This document shows positions 1 to 11,206 of a stretch of DNA of 19,356 nt, piece by piece. The translations under genes and the position numbers were made by a program. Within the stretch, counting starts at the first letter, position 1. Every line of letters begins with the position of its first letter. The notes below the pieces were generated by a model that worked only from the letters and a program-made list of their open reading frames with translations, was not told where the DNA came from and did not search any database. The stretch spans positions 707,521 through 726,876 of the forward strand of contig BCKQ01000001.1 in NCBI GenBank assembly GCA_001600695.1, given 5' to 3'. Source of the stretch: Ascoidea asiatica JCM 7603 (Eukaryota > Fungi > Ascomycota).

Positions 1-311
1 CTTTTTTTTTTTTTTTTTTTTCCCATGATTTATCTAATTGATAAAATGGAAAATTTAGCAAAATTTTAAGGAAATAGAAGAATAATAAATTGAAAATATA
101 AGAAAAAAAAAATTAAAATTAAAATCAACAAAAACAAACAAATTATAATAAAAGCAACAGTAATAATTCATTGACCAACTAAACTGAAAAAAAAATTAGA
201 AATCAAACAATAAATGAAAAAAAAATTAAAAATGAATTAATGAACAAAATCAAACAAAATAAAATAACTCTGATTAAAAAAGAAACAAAAATTAGTTCAT
301 CCACCAGCTAC

Positions 312-3300
312 CTATCTGCTCAATTTAGCCCAGAAATCCAAAGAGGCAACAACATCATACCCTCTACTATCAGTATAAGCATATATTATCTCTTGAGAAT
401 TAGAATGTAATAATCTAATATTTTCACCCAATATTACCCTTAACAATTCACTTGTTTCAACATTCCTTATTTCAATAAAATTATTAGCAAATGCTAATAA
501 ATATGGAAACCATAATGCAAATGAATTTGGAACACCTTCCCAATTAATTAACCATCCTGGTCTACCAACTGATCCAAAAGAATTAACATAAAATGAAAAT
601 TCTGAATAATTAACTAAAAAGTATTGCGTAAGATTATAAAGAGCTAATGGTCTTAATCCTTCACGCCTTGTAACGAAATCTAATTTAGGATCTCCTTGAT
701 CTAAAACTTCTTCAACTTTAGTAACATCTAAGGGTGATAAAACTAATAAACCCTTTGTACAACCAACACATATTTTAGATTTTAAAAATGATATAGATAT
801 TGGTTCAGATGAAAATAAAACTTCTTTTGATTCAGTTTTGAATTTTTTCTTGCTTGATTTTTTCTTAAAATCTGGAGGTTCTACAGGTTCAAATATTCTA
901 ACAGAATGACTTGAACCATTTCTAGCTGCACAAACAAATACTTTACCACCACAAACACCAACTCTGAAAAATGATACATGATTCATTAATTCATTTGACC
1001 ATCTAGTATTTTGTTGAACATCAAATGTTCTTAAAACATCAAGAGGCCATGAATAAAGTTTTTTATCACATAACGCTAAAAGTGTCGTATATTCTTCCAA
1101 TACTTCAATTTGTGTAACATTAGCTTTATCAATAATCTTTACAGGTTGTGAAACAACTCTAGAATGAGTATTTCCATTCACACAATTTCTTATAAATGAC
1201 ATATAAATACCACTATCAGTACCACATAATAATTGTCTACCACCATCAACTGGAATACCACAATTTATTTTATTAGTACCATAATCATAATGTCTATCTG
1301 TAAGAGCAGTTAATGAAAAAATATCATTCGCTTTTTTTAATGCTTTTTGTTGATCTTCAATTTTATCTAATATTGCCTTTTGTCTACTCTGATTGGGTGC
1401 ATATAATGTTAAATCATAACCACGTCTTCCAATATAAGTAAATGATATAGGAAATTTATTAGCAATCATTCCATTTAATAATGTATTTGAACGACTATTT
1501 ATGATTGAAACAGCAGAACTACTTGTGGATGATTTTGAAAAATTAGATCCAATAGATGGAGAACTTAATTGACTTCCTTTAGATAATAAAACTGGTTTAT
1601 TACTGGTATTGGTCATGGTTTGAGATAAATCTTGATTAACAATTTCTTTGAATGTAGGTGCTACTTCACTTGACAGTACTTTAACTAAAGGTAAAGGTAT
1701 TGGTCTTTGAAAAACTTTGATTTTTTCTGTTTTATTCATAGCTTTAGAACGAGCAAATAATATATTATTATCCAAAACATATACTTGAATATCTCCTTGA
1801 TTATCTTTATCTTGATTACGTTTCTTAAGAGTTCCATGAAATATTATTCTTCTATTTTCCTCTAATAATTTTAAGTCAACAAATTCACCCGGTTTGAAAA
1901 CCAATTTTTGTTTTAATAAAACTAAATTAAATCTATCTGCAGCTTTACCTGTTTCAATATTTATAAGATCTAAAAGTTTTTGAAGCATTTCAATTCCTTT
2001 GGCTAAATTTATTTTATCTAAGTTGTCGTCTTTAGTGCTTTTTAGAACTTGTTTTAATAACAAAGGATATCTTGCAGGTCTTGTTGTAGCTTTTGAAAGA
2101 AAAGAACTTAAATCTAATTTTCTTGATTCTTTAAGTCTTTCTGTTTCTTCAACAAACTTTGCAAAAGCAGGATTAGTAGTCTTTTGTCTCTCATATTCAT
2201 ATTTACTAAAATTTTGACCAGATCCATATTTTATAAAAGGTTCGAATTTTGGAATAAATTCTAAAAATATATCACCAATTTGATTTACTATAGGTTGTTG
2301 TTTCTGTCTTCTTGTTAAAGCTTCAGCTAATTTAGTATTAACTTCAATTATTTCCAAAACACCATTAAATACAGTTGAAACAAATTTTGTTCTTTTCTTT
2401 ATTGGAATAACATTATTACTCATTAATGGACGTATCCAAAAATCTCTTATGTATTCTAAATCTTTAACAAAATCTCTTTCTGTATAAATAGTTTCAAATA
2501 TACACTCTTGTCTCTTTTTTTCTCTATCATCAACACTATCAAATATTGCTTTTGGAACAGAACAAGACCATAATTTTTTACTATCTTCAGTAGGTTCATG
2601 AATTGAAACTTTACTTTCTACTCTTTTAAGTCCACCTACTCTCATATTAAGTCTTGCTTGTTGCTCAAGTCTATTTGGACATGCAATTGAATAACATAAT
2701 TTATCTCTTCTACAAGTTGGAGAATAACAATTACTTAATAATGTAAAAACACCATTAACTGGTACAGAAGATTGACCAATTGCATCAGTTGGATTTTTCA
2801 CATGAGTTGAATTATTAGATGAATGACCATTAGTATCAACTAAAGTACTTGTACTACCATTCCCATTCAATGAATCTTGTCTTGAAGGAGGTTCATCAAA
2901 ACTTTCAACAACTATATCATTAAATTGATAAACTTCTTTATGAGAATCTCTTAATCGATGTTCATAAGTTGCATCATGAAAAAATTTTTGAGCATCTAAA
3001 GATCTTCCTAATAATAAAGCTAATTTTCTATCATTTGTTCTTAAAATATTTACTAAAATATCAACAGCTTCAGCACCTGTAAATGAATCTATATAATCTA
3101 AACCATTTTTATTTCGTGTTCCAATTTGTATTTGTTCTCTAAAAGTTTTAGCAACTTTTGATAAAAGAGCAGGATATATAGCAGGTCTTCGAAATGCAGT
3201 TATAATTGGTTTTGAGTTTAAAGTTAACTGAGATGCAGATGCAGATCTATCTGGAAGTGAAGCAGAATTAGTACTTGAATTTGTTCTTCTTGACAATAAT

Positions 3301-3424
3301 TTATTTACAGATGAATATGATCTTGATTTTGCAGTTAAATTTATTGAAGAGTTGGAATTTGAATTTGAATTAGATATTGCATTTCTTGTTGCTTCCATTG
3401 AGGAATATGTATAATTATTATTAC

Positions 3425-3464
<40 letters not shown>

Positions 3465-6400
3465 GAATTCACTATTATTTGTAAGATTTGTATTGACTGT
3501 ATAGATATTATCAGATGATATTGAGTTAGAAGAATCAATACTAGATGATTGAGAAACTACTTTCATATTACCATTTTCATTTCTATAATTTGAAGATCTT
3601 TGTTTTGGCAGGGGTTGAGTAGAATTAGTTTGATATTGAGCTACAAAATCTACTTTTTGTGGTATGACTCTTCCACCTGTTGTTCTTTGTCTATGTTGAT
3701 TTTGAGGAATTCTATAAGGGGAAGGAGATGGAGCATTTGAAGAATTATAATTGATTTGATTATTAGAAGTGATTGAAGTAATAGGAGTAATTGGATTATT
3801 ATTTATATAAGTATTTTGCATACCTTGATCAAAATTCTGTTGAGCTTGAAATTGTTTTCTTTGACTAGAAGAATTTGATGTAAGAGATAAAGTTCTAAAA
3901 GAATCTTTTATTGCTTGTTCTTGATCAAATTGCTGCTGATTATATGAAGAAGAATTTGAAGCAATTCTTATTTTATTACTTGTATTATTATTAGTATAAC
4001 TATAATAGTTTTGATGTTGAGGAGGTTGAGATTGTTGTTGTTGAATTCGAGGTTGTTGTTGAAACTTATATGGTTGTTGTTGTGGATGATATTGTTGTCG
4101 TTGTTGTTGTTGATGTTGTTGTTGATATCCTTGAGGTGGCTGTTGTTGAATAGGAATAGGGTTATGGTTGTTATTATTATCGGAATTCACTGGAGGATAT
4201 TGATTATTTAATCTAGGAGTATTAGATGTTTGAGGTGATAAAGGAGCAGATTGAAAATAAGCAATTGATTCTTGAGATTCAATTGATTGTTGTTGAGGAG
4301 TATTAGACTGTTGAGTAGCCGGTTGATACATTAGATTATTATAGTTATAATTAGGATTAGTATTAATATTAATATTAGGTTGAGATGAATTAAATGCTTG
4401 TTTATTATAATAGTTTGAGTTAATATTGGAGTTATTAGTACTAGAATTATAATTAGCAATATTAGTATTGATATTAGTATTAGTAGTGCTGTTATTATTT
4501 GATTTACTAATATTTGAATATTTGAAAGGATCTAAAGTTGGACCTGAATTTCTGTAATAGTTAAAGAAAAACAAAACAAAAACAAAAACAAAAAAATAAA
4601 AAATATTAGTTAGTAACAGATCATTATAAAATTAGATGAATTTAAAAATAATCAAAAAAATTATAGTTAATTGAGAAAGTCAATTAAATTAACTCAAATG
4701 AAAAAAAAAAATAGAAAAAGTAGATGCAGATGCAGATACAGAAGAATTGAGAAAAAAGTTAAAATATTATACAATAAATTATACTTAGTTTAATCTTTTA
4801 AACTCTTTTTTTTTCAATAGGTTAATTTAAGATAAAGATTTCATTGATTAATGATTAATATACATACTGGTCATAATTATCACTATTGATATACTCTCTT
4901 AATAAGTATCTATTTGTATTGGTGATTGGTTTAAGAGTATCTCTAAGTGTGTCTCTATTATTTGAATTTGAATTTGAAATTGAATTGGTATTGGTATTAT
5001 CGTAGTTGTTTATATTATTGTTGGAATTGATACCTTCAATATTATCTTGATTGATATTATTTGAATTATTGATAATATTGTTTGGATTGATATTATTAAT
5101 ATTATTATTATTATTATTATTATTTGTATGAGTGTAAGAGTTTGCAGTGCCTATAAATAGAACGGGGTATTTTTAACAGTTTAGCAGCTTATGTTAGTAA
5201 ATAATTTCAGGAATGAAATGAAAATAAAGATAACAAGAGATAAAAAGGTAAAAGAATAGAAGATAAAAGACAATTATAAAAGAAAATTATGATGAAAGAA
5301 TAATATATGAAAGCCAATCTGATAATAATGAAAAGAATTAAGATATATGACTTATATAAACAGAAGTATTTGAGATATATGTGATGTATTCATGAGTTGA
5401 GAGAGTCTCCTTTAATTGTAATGCAATTTGTAATGAAAGTAGTAGTTATTTACTGTTATTATTACTATTCTTATTATTAATATGATGATAGTAATAGTAA
5501 TAGTAATAGTAATAGAAATAGTAATGAATATGAATATGAATATGAATATAATACCAGTGCTGGAGTACTCTCAGAGTGAAGTGAGAAAGTGTTTAATTTT
5601 CGTCAGATTTGTTGATGTCGGAGTGAATTACGTAGGCTTAATATTGCGAACGAAAGTGAAATTGAAATTGAAACTGGGCTGGAACTTGAAATTGAACCTG
5701 AGATTGAAACTGGACTTGGGCACTATGCAAAAAAAGTAAATAAATGAAATAAGTAATAAGTAATAAATGAATAATAAATAAAAGATGATTTTAATGGAAA
5801 ACAAATTAATAAATTAGTTATTTTTTTTTTTTGATAAGAATGAATAAAATACTTCAAAAAATAAATAAAAACTCAAAGAAATAACGTATTGTATACCCGA
5901 GATTAAAACAAGTTAAAAAGAGCTAGTTATCTTTGACTAGTTGAATAAAACTTCAATTTCTGACTCTATGATTTTACTTCTTCTTTATGATGATTTAATA
6001 TTTGATTATTTTTGGTAATGAATGAAAAAAGGGAATTGATTTATTGATATATTAAATGATTGATTGATTAATGATTGATTGATTGAGACTCTTTGGTTGT
6101 TGGATGAATATATTTGTGAATAAATATGGTAATGTTATAATTTTAATTTTTAAACTCTTTTTAAATTCTTTTTAACTAATATATATATAATTTTATAATT
6201 GAAATTTGAATGAATGAATTTTAAACTGTTTAAACCATTATTTGAATATGGATATAATTATAATAATCAGAAATCAAGTTAAATTTTTGTTATAATACAT
6301 TTAATAAAAAGTTAGAAATAAAAAGGGAAAAAAAAATGAAACAAGAAATAAGCCCTTTTTTTTTATAAATCAAGTTTAAATTAAGAATAAAAGTTGGTTT

Positions 6401-6834
6401 CAATATCTTTTAAATATCTTTCAAATATATTTTAATAATTGTTTGATAAAATATCAATTTTGATATTCATCAAGTTCTCTTTGTTATAAATTGCTTTCTC
6501 AGTTTTAGATTTCAATTAATTAATCAATTTTGACTTTTTTTATTTTTGAAAGACATCACGAAAAGAATATTATTCTTATATTAATCTTTTTAATTATCTT
6601 TATCTATTATCTATTAGCCTTTTTATAAGATTGTTATAATAAATTAAAAGAAAAATGAAAGTGAAAATGAAAATGAAGTGAAAAAAAAACATAATACATA
6701 CCTAAAGCTTTTAAACTTTCTTCATTATAAAGCATAGAACTTCTTGTATTATAATCATTAACTATATCAAGAATATCCGATGAAGATGTGGAATTATTTG
6801 AAGCTTGTCGATAATGGATATAATCATCTGCCAT
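312..6834 (-). CDS. ROM2: Rho1 guanine nucleotide exchange factor (Rom1/Rom2 family), 3 exons: 6834..6702, 5150..4868, 4551..312; 1551 aa
   Basis: Exon 3 encodes a DEP domain (FREQIQIG...FTGAEAVD...LDAQKFFHD), a DH/RhoGEF domain (KRQECIFETIYTERDFVKDL...RPARYPLLL), a PH region and a C-terminal CNH domain (...WEGVPNSFALWFPYLLAFANNFIEIRN), which is the Rom1/Rom2 architecture. The tracked ORF has no ATG and begins inside an intron. Canonical splice signals join an ATG exon (MADDYIHY...KAL-G|) and an open 283-nt N-rich exon in frame: 133+283+4240=4656 nt=1552 codons including the stop. Confidence 0.93.
3414..3464. repeat. (ATT)n trinucleotide microsatellite encoding a poly-Asn tract in Rom2; similar (ATT)n at ~5092-5124 in exon 2 and (TTG)n Gln tracts at ~4010-4150
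   Basis: Directly visible repeats; they translate to NNNNNNNNNNNNNSNNN and Q-rich segments. Confidence 0.9.
4552..4867 (-). other. ROM2 intron 2 (316 nt, phase 2)
   Basis: 5'SS GTATGT at 4867-4862; branchpoint TACTAAC at 4615-4609; U-rich tract; first AG after the branchpoint (TACAG) ends at 4552. The junction CA|A=Gln keeps the frame. Confidence 0.92.
5151..6701 (-). other. ROM2 intron 1 (1551 nt, phase 1)
   Basis: 5'SS GTATGT at 6701-6696; branchpoint TACTAAC at 5199-5193; 3'SS TTTATAG ending at 5151. The junction G|GC=Gly keeps the frame into a stop-free exon 2. Confidence 0.85.
5491..5547. repeat. Hexamer microsatellites (GTAATA)n and (ATGAAT)n within ROM2 intron 1
   Basis: gtaatagtaatagtaatagtaata followed by atgaatatgaatatgaatatgaat. 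Confidence 0.8.
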
Positions 6835-8679
6835 GGTTTGATATTAAGATTGAATATTGATTGAAAATATTTATTTTTATTTTTATTTTTATTTACCTTT
6901 GTTCTATTTTTTTTTTTATTAATCTTTTGATTTGTGAAATTTTAAAAAAAAATTCTATTTATCGAAATTTAAATAATGATTAAAGTATATTTTTTGATTT
7001 GATTTGAGATGATTTAATATAATAAAAGAAAAATCTAAAATAAATAAAAGGGATTTAAATTGATTTGAATAGAATTATTGAATGTGACAGATATGGATAG
7101 AGGAATGATAAAAATGTGAATGTATAAAGAAAAATAAAAAATTTATTACTAGTTATTATTAGGTTGTTAACGTTATTTATTGTAAAAATTGTTAACTGAT
7201 ACAGATTACACAGATTATTCAAAAAATAGAATAGATTGGAACTGATAAACAATATTAATAAAACTAAATTATATATCTTTCAATACACAACTCTCAAATC
7301 AGGTTTTACTACTTAGACAAGTTTTGTATCAAATAATTATTTAAACTATATTAATATGATAATTCAATGGTGAAAATTTGGTGTGCAAGTCAATTTAGCC
7401 TTAGGTATTCTGTACCTTAAACTGATTTTTTTTCCTTCAATACAAAAATCTCAGGGCTAACAAAAAAAAAATAGGTATCATGAATTTATTGAATTATGAA
7501 TTTGTAGTTAAGTATGATAATTTGTGAATTTTTTAATATGTGAATTTGTGAATAGGTGAATATCATGTACAGCCTCAGTTGGTTGTATGAAAAATAAGAG
7601 CTTTTACTACGTCGAAAACAAGATTCAAAGTGTTCCTTGTTTGTTGAATAATATTCTACGTTCTTTGTTACTTGTTGTTGGTGTATTATTTTTATATATA
7701 AATCCATCAATTCTAAAGTAGTTTCCATCTGGTTTCCATCTAGTTTCAATTGAGAAAAAAGATTCTTTTTCCTCTTCTTCCTCTTCTTTTGTTCGATGCC
7801 TCTGGGCTAGAGCTAGTTCAATTGGATATTCTTCCACAAACGACCTCCTGCTTTGTTGGTGACTCCAGCGAGGAGGAAGAGTGCCGCTCTTCTGGATTCT
7901 CAGGACTTTTCAGAACTTCACGACTTTGCGCTGCAGTGGAAGATGGCGGCGTGGGATCCTGCAGCGGCCCTACAGAAATCCAACCTGATTCCAAACTCAA
8001 ACAGCACACAGAAGACTCGTCGCCGGATAATCAAATGACCGGATTATGTGATTATTGCACAATAATTACGTTATCCACTGCCGGTGCCCCATTCAAATTG
8101 CTTTTCTACTCGCTTTTAAAGTTACTTTTGAAATTATCTTTCTTTTCGTTGTTGCTTTTGAAGAAAAAGGATGGTATTTCTGCTGAGAAAAATTAAAATA
8201 TTCCTCCGATGATGAATCATATTGGTCATCAATAAATGTGATAATAGTATTTAGGTTTTCCTTTCCTCGATATTAAATGAAATTTCAAATAATCTTTATT
8301 GCGTGTGATTTACAGTACTCCTTACTTTTCATTTTTTTTATTTTTTACTTTCCTTCTTTATTTCGTTGATTATTAATTGAAGGATAATCGAATTTACTTG
8401 AAATGAAATTAAGAAAAGTAATAAAAGAAGTGAAATAAGGAAGGTCCCTTGCATCATGATTACGAAAGTAATTTAGAAATTGTCACTTGATACATGAATA
8501 AATGTTATGGATTTTCTATCAATACTATCAAACTTATACTCGTGATTACATAACTACTCGTGACTACCATTTAGATCTTTTGAAAACAAAATATATCTAT
8601 TATTGTTATTATAGAATTTAGGATAAATTTTTTTGAAATTCTTCTGATTTGATTTATTTACTGTATAGTAATATTTTTT

Positions 8680-10086
8680 TTACAATTTAAAAAATTCTCT
8701 AATTGAATCAATAACTCTATTAATACCATCTTTCAATTCATCATCAGTTGCAGCAGTTGCAATAGTTATTCTAATAAAATTAAGTCTTTCTTTTGAAAAT
8801 TCTTTATCAAATCCCATCTTATATCCTAAAACAACTTTTATACCATTTTTTATAAAATATTTATTTAATTCATTCATATCTTTAATATAATTATCAACTC
8901 CATTTTTAAATTTTATAATAATTGTTAAAAACATTCCATGATCAGGTTCAATAATCTTAATCAATTTAAAAACATCTTCATTTTTTTTTAATTTTAATTC
9001 TTCTAAAATAACTTGTTTTCTATATGAATAAATTTTTGAAATATCAATAATATGTTTCAAATATCCATCAATTCCATTAAAATATTCTCGAATTGTATTA
9101 TTTACAATCATTTGAGAAATTCCGCTTGCAGCTTTTGTAGTATATTGTAAAAAATTATCAATTTTTTCAATAACTTCTGAATGTCCAATAATAAATCCTA
9201 ATCTTAAACCTGGTGAAAATACTTTTGAAAATGTTTCACATCTAATAACTCTACCTGTTTTATCAAAATTTAAATATGATCTTGCTAATTGTTTATTAAT
9301 GAAATCATCTGTTGTTGTTTTTGTTAAACTTTTATCATAATTATTATCAAGATAAAGATATCCATAAGGATCATCTTCTAATATTAAAATATCATATTCT
9401 TCACAAATTTCAAAAATTTTCTTTCTTAATTCATATCCTTGTGTTAAACCTGTTGGATTTTGTCCAGTTGGAATTGTATATAATAATTTTGGTTTATTTA
9501 AATTTTTTGTTTTTTCATTAATTTCCCAATTTTTTAATAATTTTTCAAAACTTAAAACATCAATACCTCCATCACTTTCAATTAATGATAATGGTACAAC
9601 ATTTGCTTTATAGGATTTTGCTAATGAAACTAATGGATTATAAGAAAATTCTTCAATTAAAATTGTATCACCTTCATTAATAAATGTATTAAAAATTTTA
9701 AACATTCCATCATTTGAACCTGAATCTATAATTGTATTCCAATTTTCATATAATGGAACTTGTTTTGTTGTAATTAATAAATCTTTTGTTAATGAAAGTA
9801 ATTCATTAAAACCTTGATTTCCAGGACAATATTGAAATGCATCTTTCAATTCAATTATATTTTTTTTACCATTTAATTTTTTTTTATCATAACTTAATTC
9901 TTTATCATTTAATAAATTAAATTTTATTGATTCAACTGGAAAAAATAATTCATTTGGTCTACCTGCTGCAAATGATATTGAACCTTCTGGATATTTAACA
10001 TCTTTTGAAATAAAATGTACTCCAATATTAATCTTAGTTCTTTCTGAAAATTTATCAGAGTGAATGTATGAATTATCAATAGTCAT
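8680..10086 (-). CDS. ARO9: Aromatic amino acid aminotransferase II (PLP-dependent class I/II), 468 aa
   Basis: Motifs SFAAGRPNELFFP, LLYTIPTGQNPTG, ILEDDPYGYL and GRVIRCETFSKVFSPGLRLG (PLP-binding Lys). SGSNDGMFKIF and ETFSK resemble Aro9 rather than Aro8, which has DSFSK. Confidence 0.85.
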   Translation of the reverse strand: MTIDNSYIHSDKFSERTKINIGVHFISKDVKYPEGSISFAAGRPNELFFPVESIKFNLLNDKELSYDKKKLNGKKNIIELKDAFQYCPGNQGFNELLSLTKDLLITTKQVPLYENWNTIIDSGSNDGMFKIFNTFINEGDTILIEEFSYNPLVSLAKSYKANVVPLSLIESDGGIDVLSFEKLLKNWEINEKTKNLNKPKLLYTIPTGQNPTGLTQGYELRKKIFEICEEYDILILEDDPYGYLYLDNNYDKSLTKTTTDDFINKQLARSYLNFDKTGRVIRCETFSKVFSPGLRLGFIIGHSEVIEKIDNFLQYTTKAASGISQMIVNNTIREYFNGIDGYLKHIIDISKIYSYRKQVILEELKLKKNEDVFKLIKIIEPDHGMFLTIIIKFKNGVDNYIKDMNELNKYFIKNGIKVVLGYKMGFDKEFSKERLNFIRITIATAATDDELKDGINRVIDSIREFFKL

Positions 10087-10435
10087 TGTTAATGAATAAT
10101 TATTTTTTAAAAATTAATATAAAAATTATAAAATCAAAGACAAATTTTGAAGAAAATAAAATGATAATAATTAAAAATATCGAGAAAATATGAATATTAC
10201 TTTAAAAAGATTAAAAATCATTTAAAAATCATTTTACAATTAATTCTTAAAATAGGGATTTCTTTCTCTACTTTTATATGAACAATTTCAAGAAATTTAA
10301 TTTTAGTTGCAAGAATATCCTTAACTCTGTTCAATGCTTAAATTATCTGAAGGTTTCCTTATCTTTAAATCTTCTCAATTTTAGTGATATTATTCTTTTA
10401 TTTAACAATCAGTAACATTAATCAAAATTATGGAA

Positions 10436-10465
10436 ACCAGTAACTATCGGTATCTACCGTGAACC
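10436..10465. promoter_or_regulatory. Candidate Aro80-type Zn2Cys6 site (degenerate CCG-N7-CCG-N7-CCG), flanked by GATAAG sites at 10358-10363 and 10473-10478
   Basis: Three 10-bp units ACCAGTAACT/ATCGGTATCT/ACCGTGAACC, about 350-380 bp upstream of the ARO9 ATG. S. cerevisiae ARO9 is controlled by Aro80 (CCG triplets 7 bp apart) plus GATA factors. Confidence 0.45.
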
Positions 10466-11119
10466 TAATAAACTTATCTTTCTTTAAAAGTAACCATACC
10501 ATTAACCGATATCAAACTCCAGGTTCTAAAAACCCTAAAGATCTGATTCTTTTTATCCTCAAAATTTCATTGTTTATGCTATTTTACCACGTATTTTCCC
10601 TACTTTATCTGGAATATTCACCTATAATTCCAAATCAAAATTTCAAATATTTAAACCCCGAAAAATCAATCTATGACTATGCTTTGAATTGAAACAAGTT
10701 GACAGCAATTTTCAAAAGCTTGATATCCCCCAATTCGAATAGAAAAAAATATGATAACGCAAAGTTACTTCTTTAAATTTCAAAGATTTTGAAGAGAATA
10801 AAGAGTCAGTGAGAATATTCATTCCAAGTTATACCGTTAGCCACTTCAATAAATTATCTAAAAGTATCTAATATATAATAACACTTAGTTACCCTTCCTT
10901 TAATAAATTATAATAATTTGTTGCTCTTTAGCTGAGAATTGTTTTTGGTTCATACTAAAGTGTAACCCTCAAGTCAGCTTTCTGCAATGCGGGTAATAAA
11001 ATTGTTTTATGGGTGGGAAGTTTCTTATCGATAGGTGAAGTTGTCAAAACTATGAGAAATGTTATCTGAGTCAGGTTCTGGGGTTGGTACTCCGGCGAGG
11101 TAACTTCGATTCAGATAAA

Positions 11120-11206
11120 GTCACGTGCTTTAACAAGGCTAATGGCTCCTTTAAAGGTCTTAACATTGTTAACTTAAGGGAGGTTTAATATGTAGCACGT
11201 GCTTTA
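11120..11206. promoter_or_regulatory. Two E-boxes (CACGTG) within an exact 11-bp direct repeat CACGTGCTTTA; the first is GTCACGTG (Cbf1-type)
   Basis: CACGTGCTTTA at 11122-11132 and 11196-11206. A related TCACGCGTGCTTA (MCB core ACGCGT) lies at 11508-11520. Confidence 0.5.

Noticed and set aside
1999-4211. Short tracked ORFs 1999-2217, 3341-3538 and 4011-4211 (also 9312-9521)
   Set aside because: They are antisense or alternate-frame shadows of ROM2 and ARO9, partly created by triplet repeats.
4552-4574. Tracked N-terminus MFFFNYYR of the 1420-aa ORF
   Set aside because: It is a non-ATG start inside the polypyrimidine tract and 3' splice site of intron 2.
4868-4874. ATG ACC A|GTATGT as a 7-nt first coding exon
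   Set aside because: Splicing to 4551 gives ATG ACC AAA ATT CAG GTC CAA CTT TAG, which is out of frame. The productive frame runs through from exon 1.
5482-5739. 85-aa plus-strand ORF in intron 1
   Set aside because: It is a product of hexamer microsatellites (IVIVIV, MNMNMN, KLKLKL) with no recognisable domain.
7625-8030. WD40-like words (LSGDESSVCCLSL, WKPDGNYF) in minus-strand ORFs
   Set aside because: They are in different frames with non-ATG starts, and WKPDGN arises from an 11-bp DNA repeat. There is no repeat architecture.
8209-8215. Box C-like ATGATGA (C/D snoRNA)
   Set aside because: There is no box D (CTGA) at a suitable distance and no terminal stem.
11060-11150. Resemblance to TPP riboswitch P5 (CTGG...CCGGCGAGG) or to a 23S rRNA word (GGTACTCCGG)
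   Set aside because: The remaining TPP core (CUGAGA...AUACC...AACCUGAU) is not in place and the rRNA match does not extend; probably chance.
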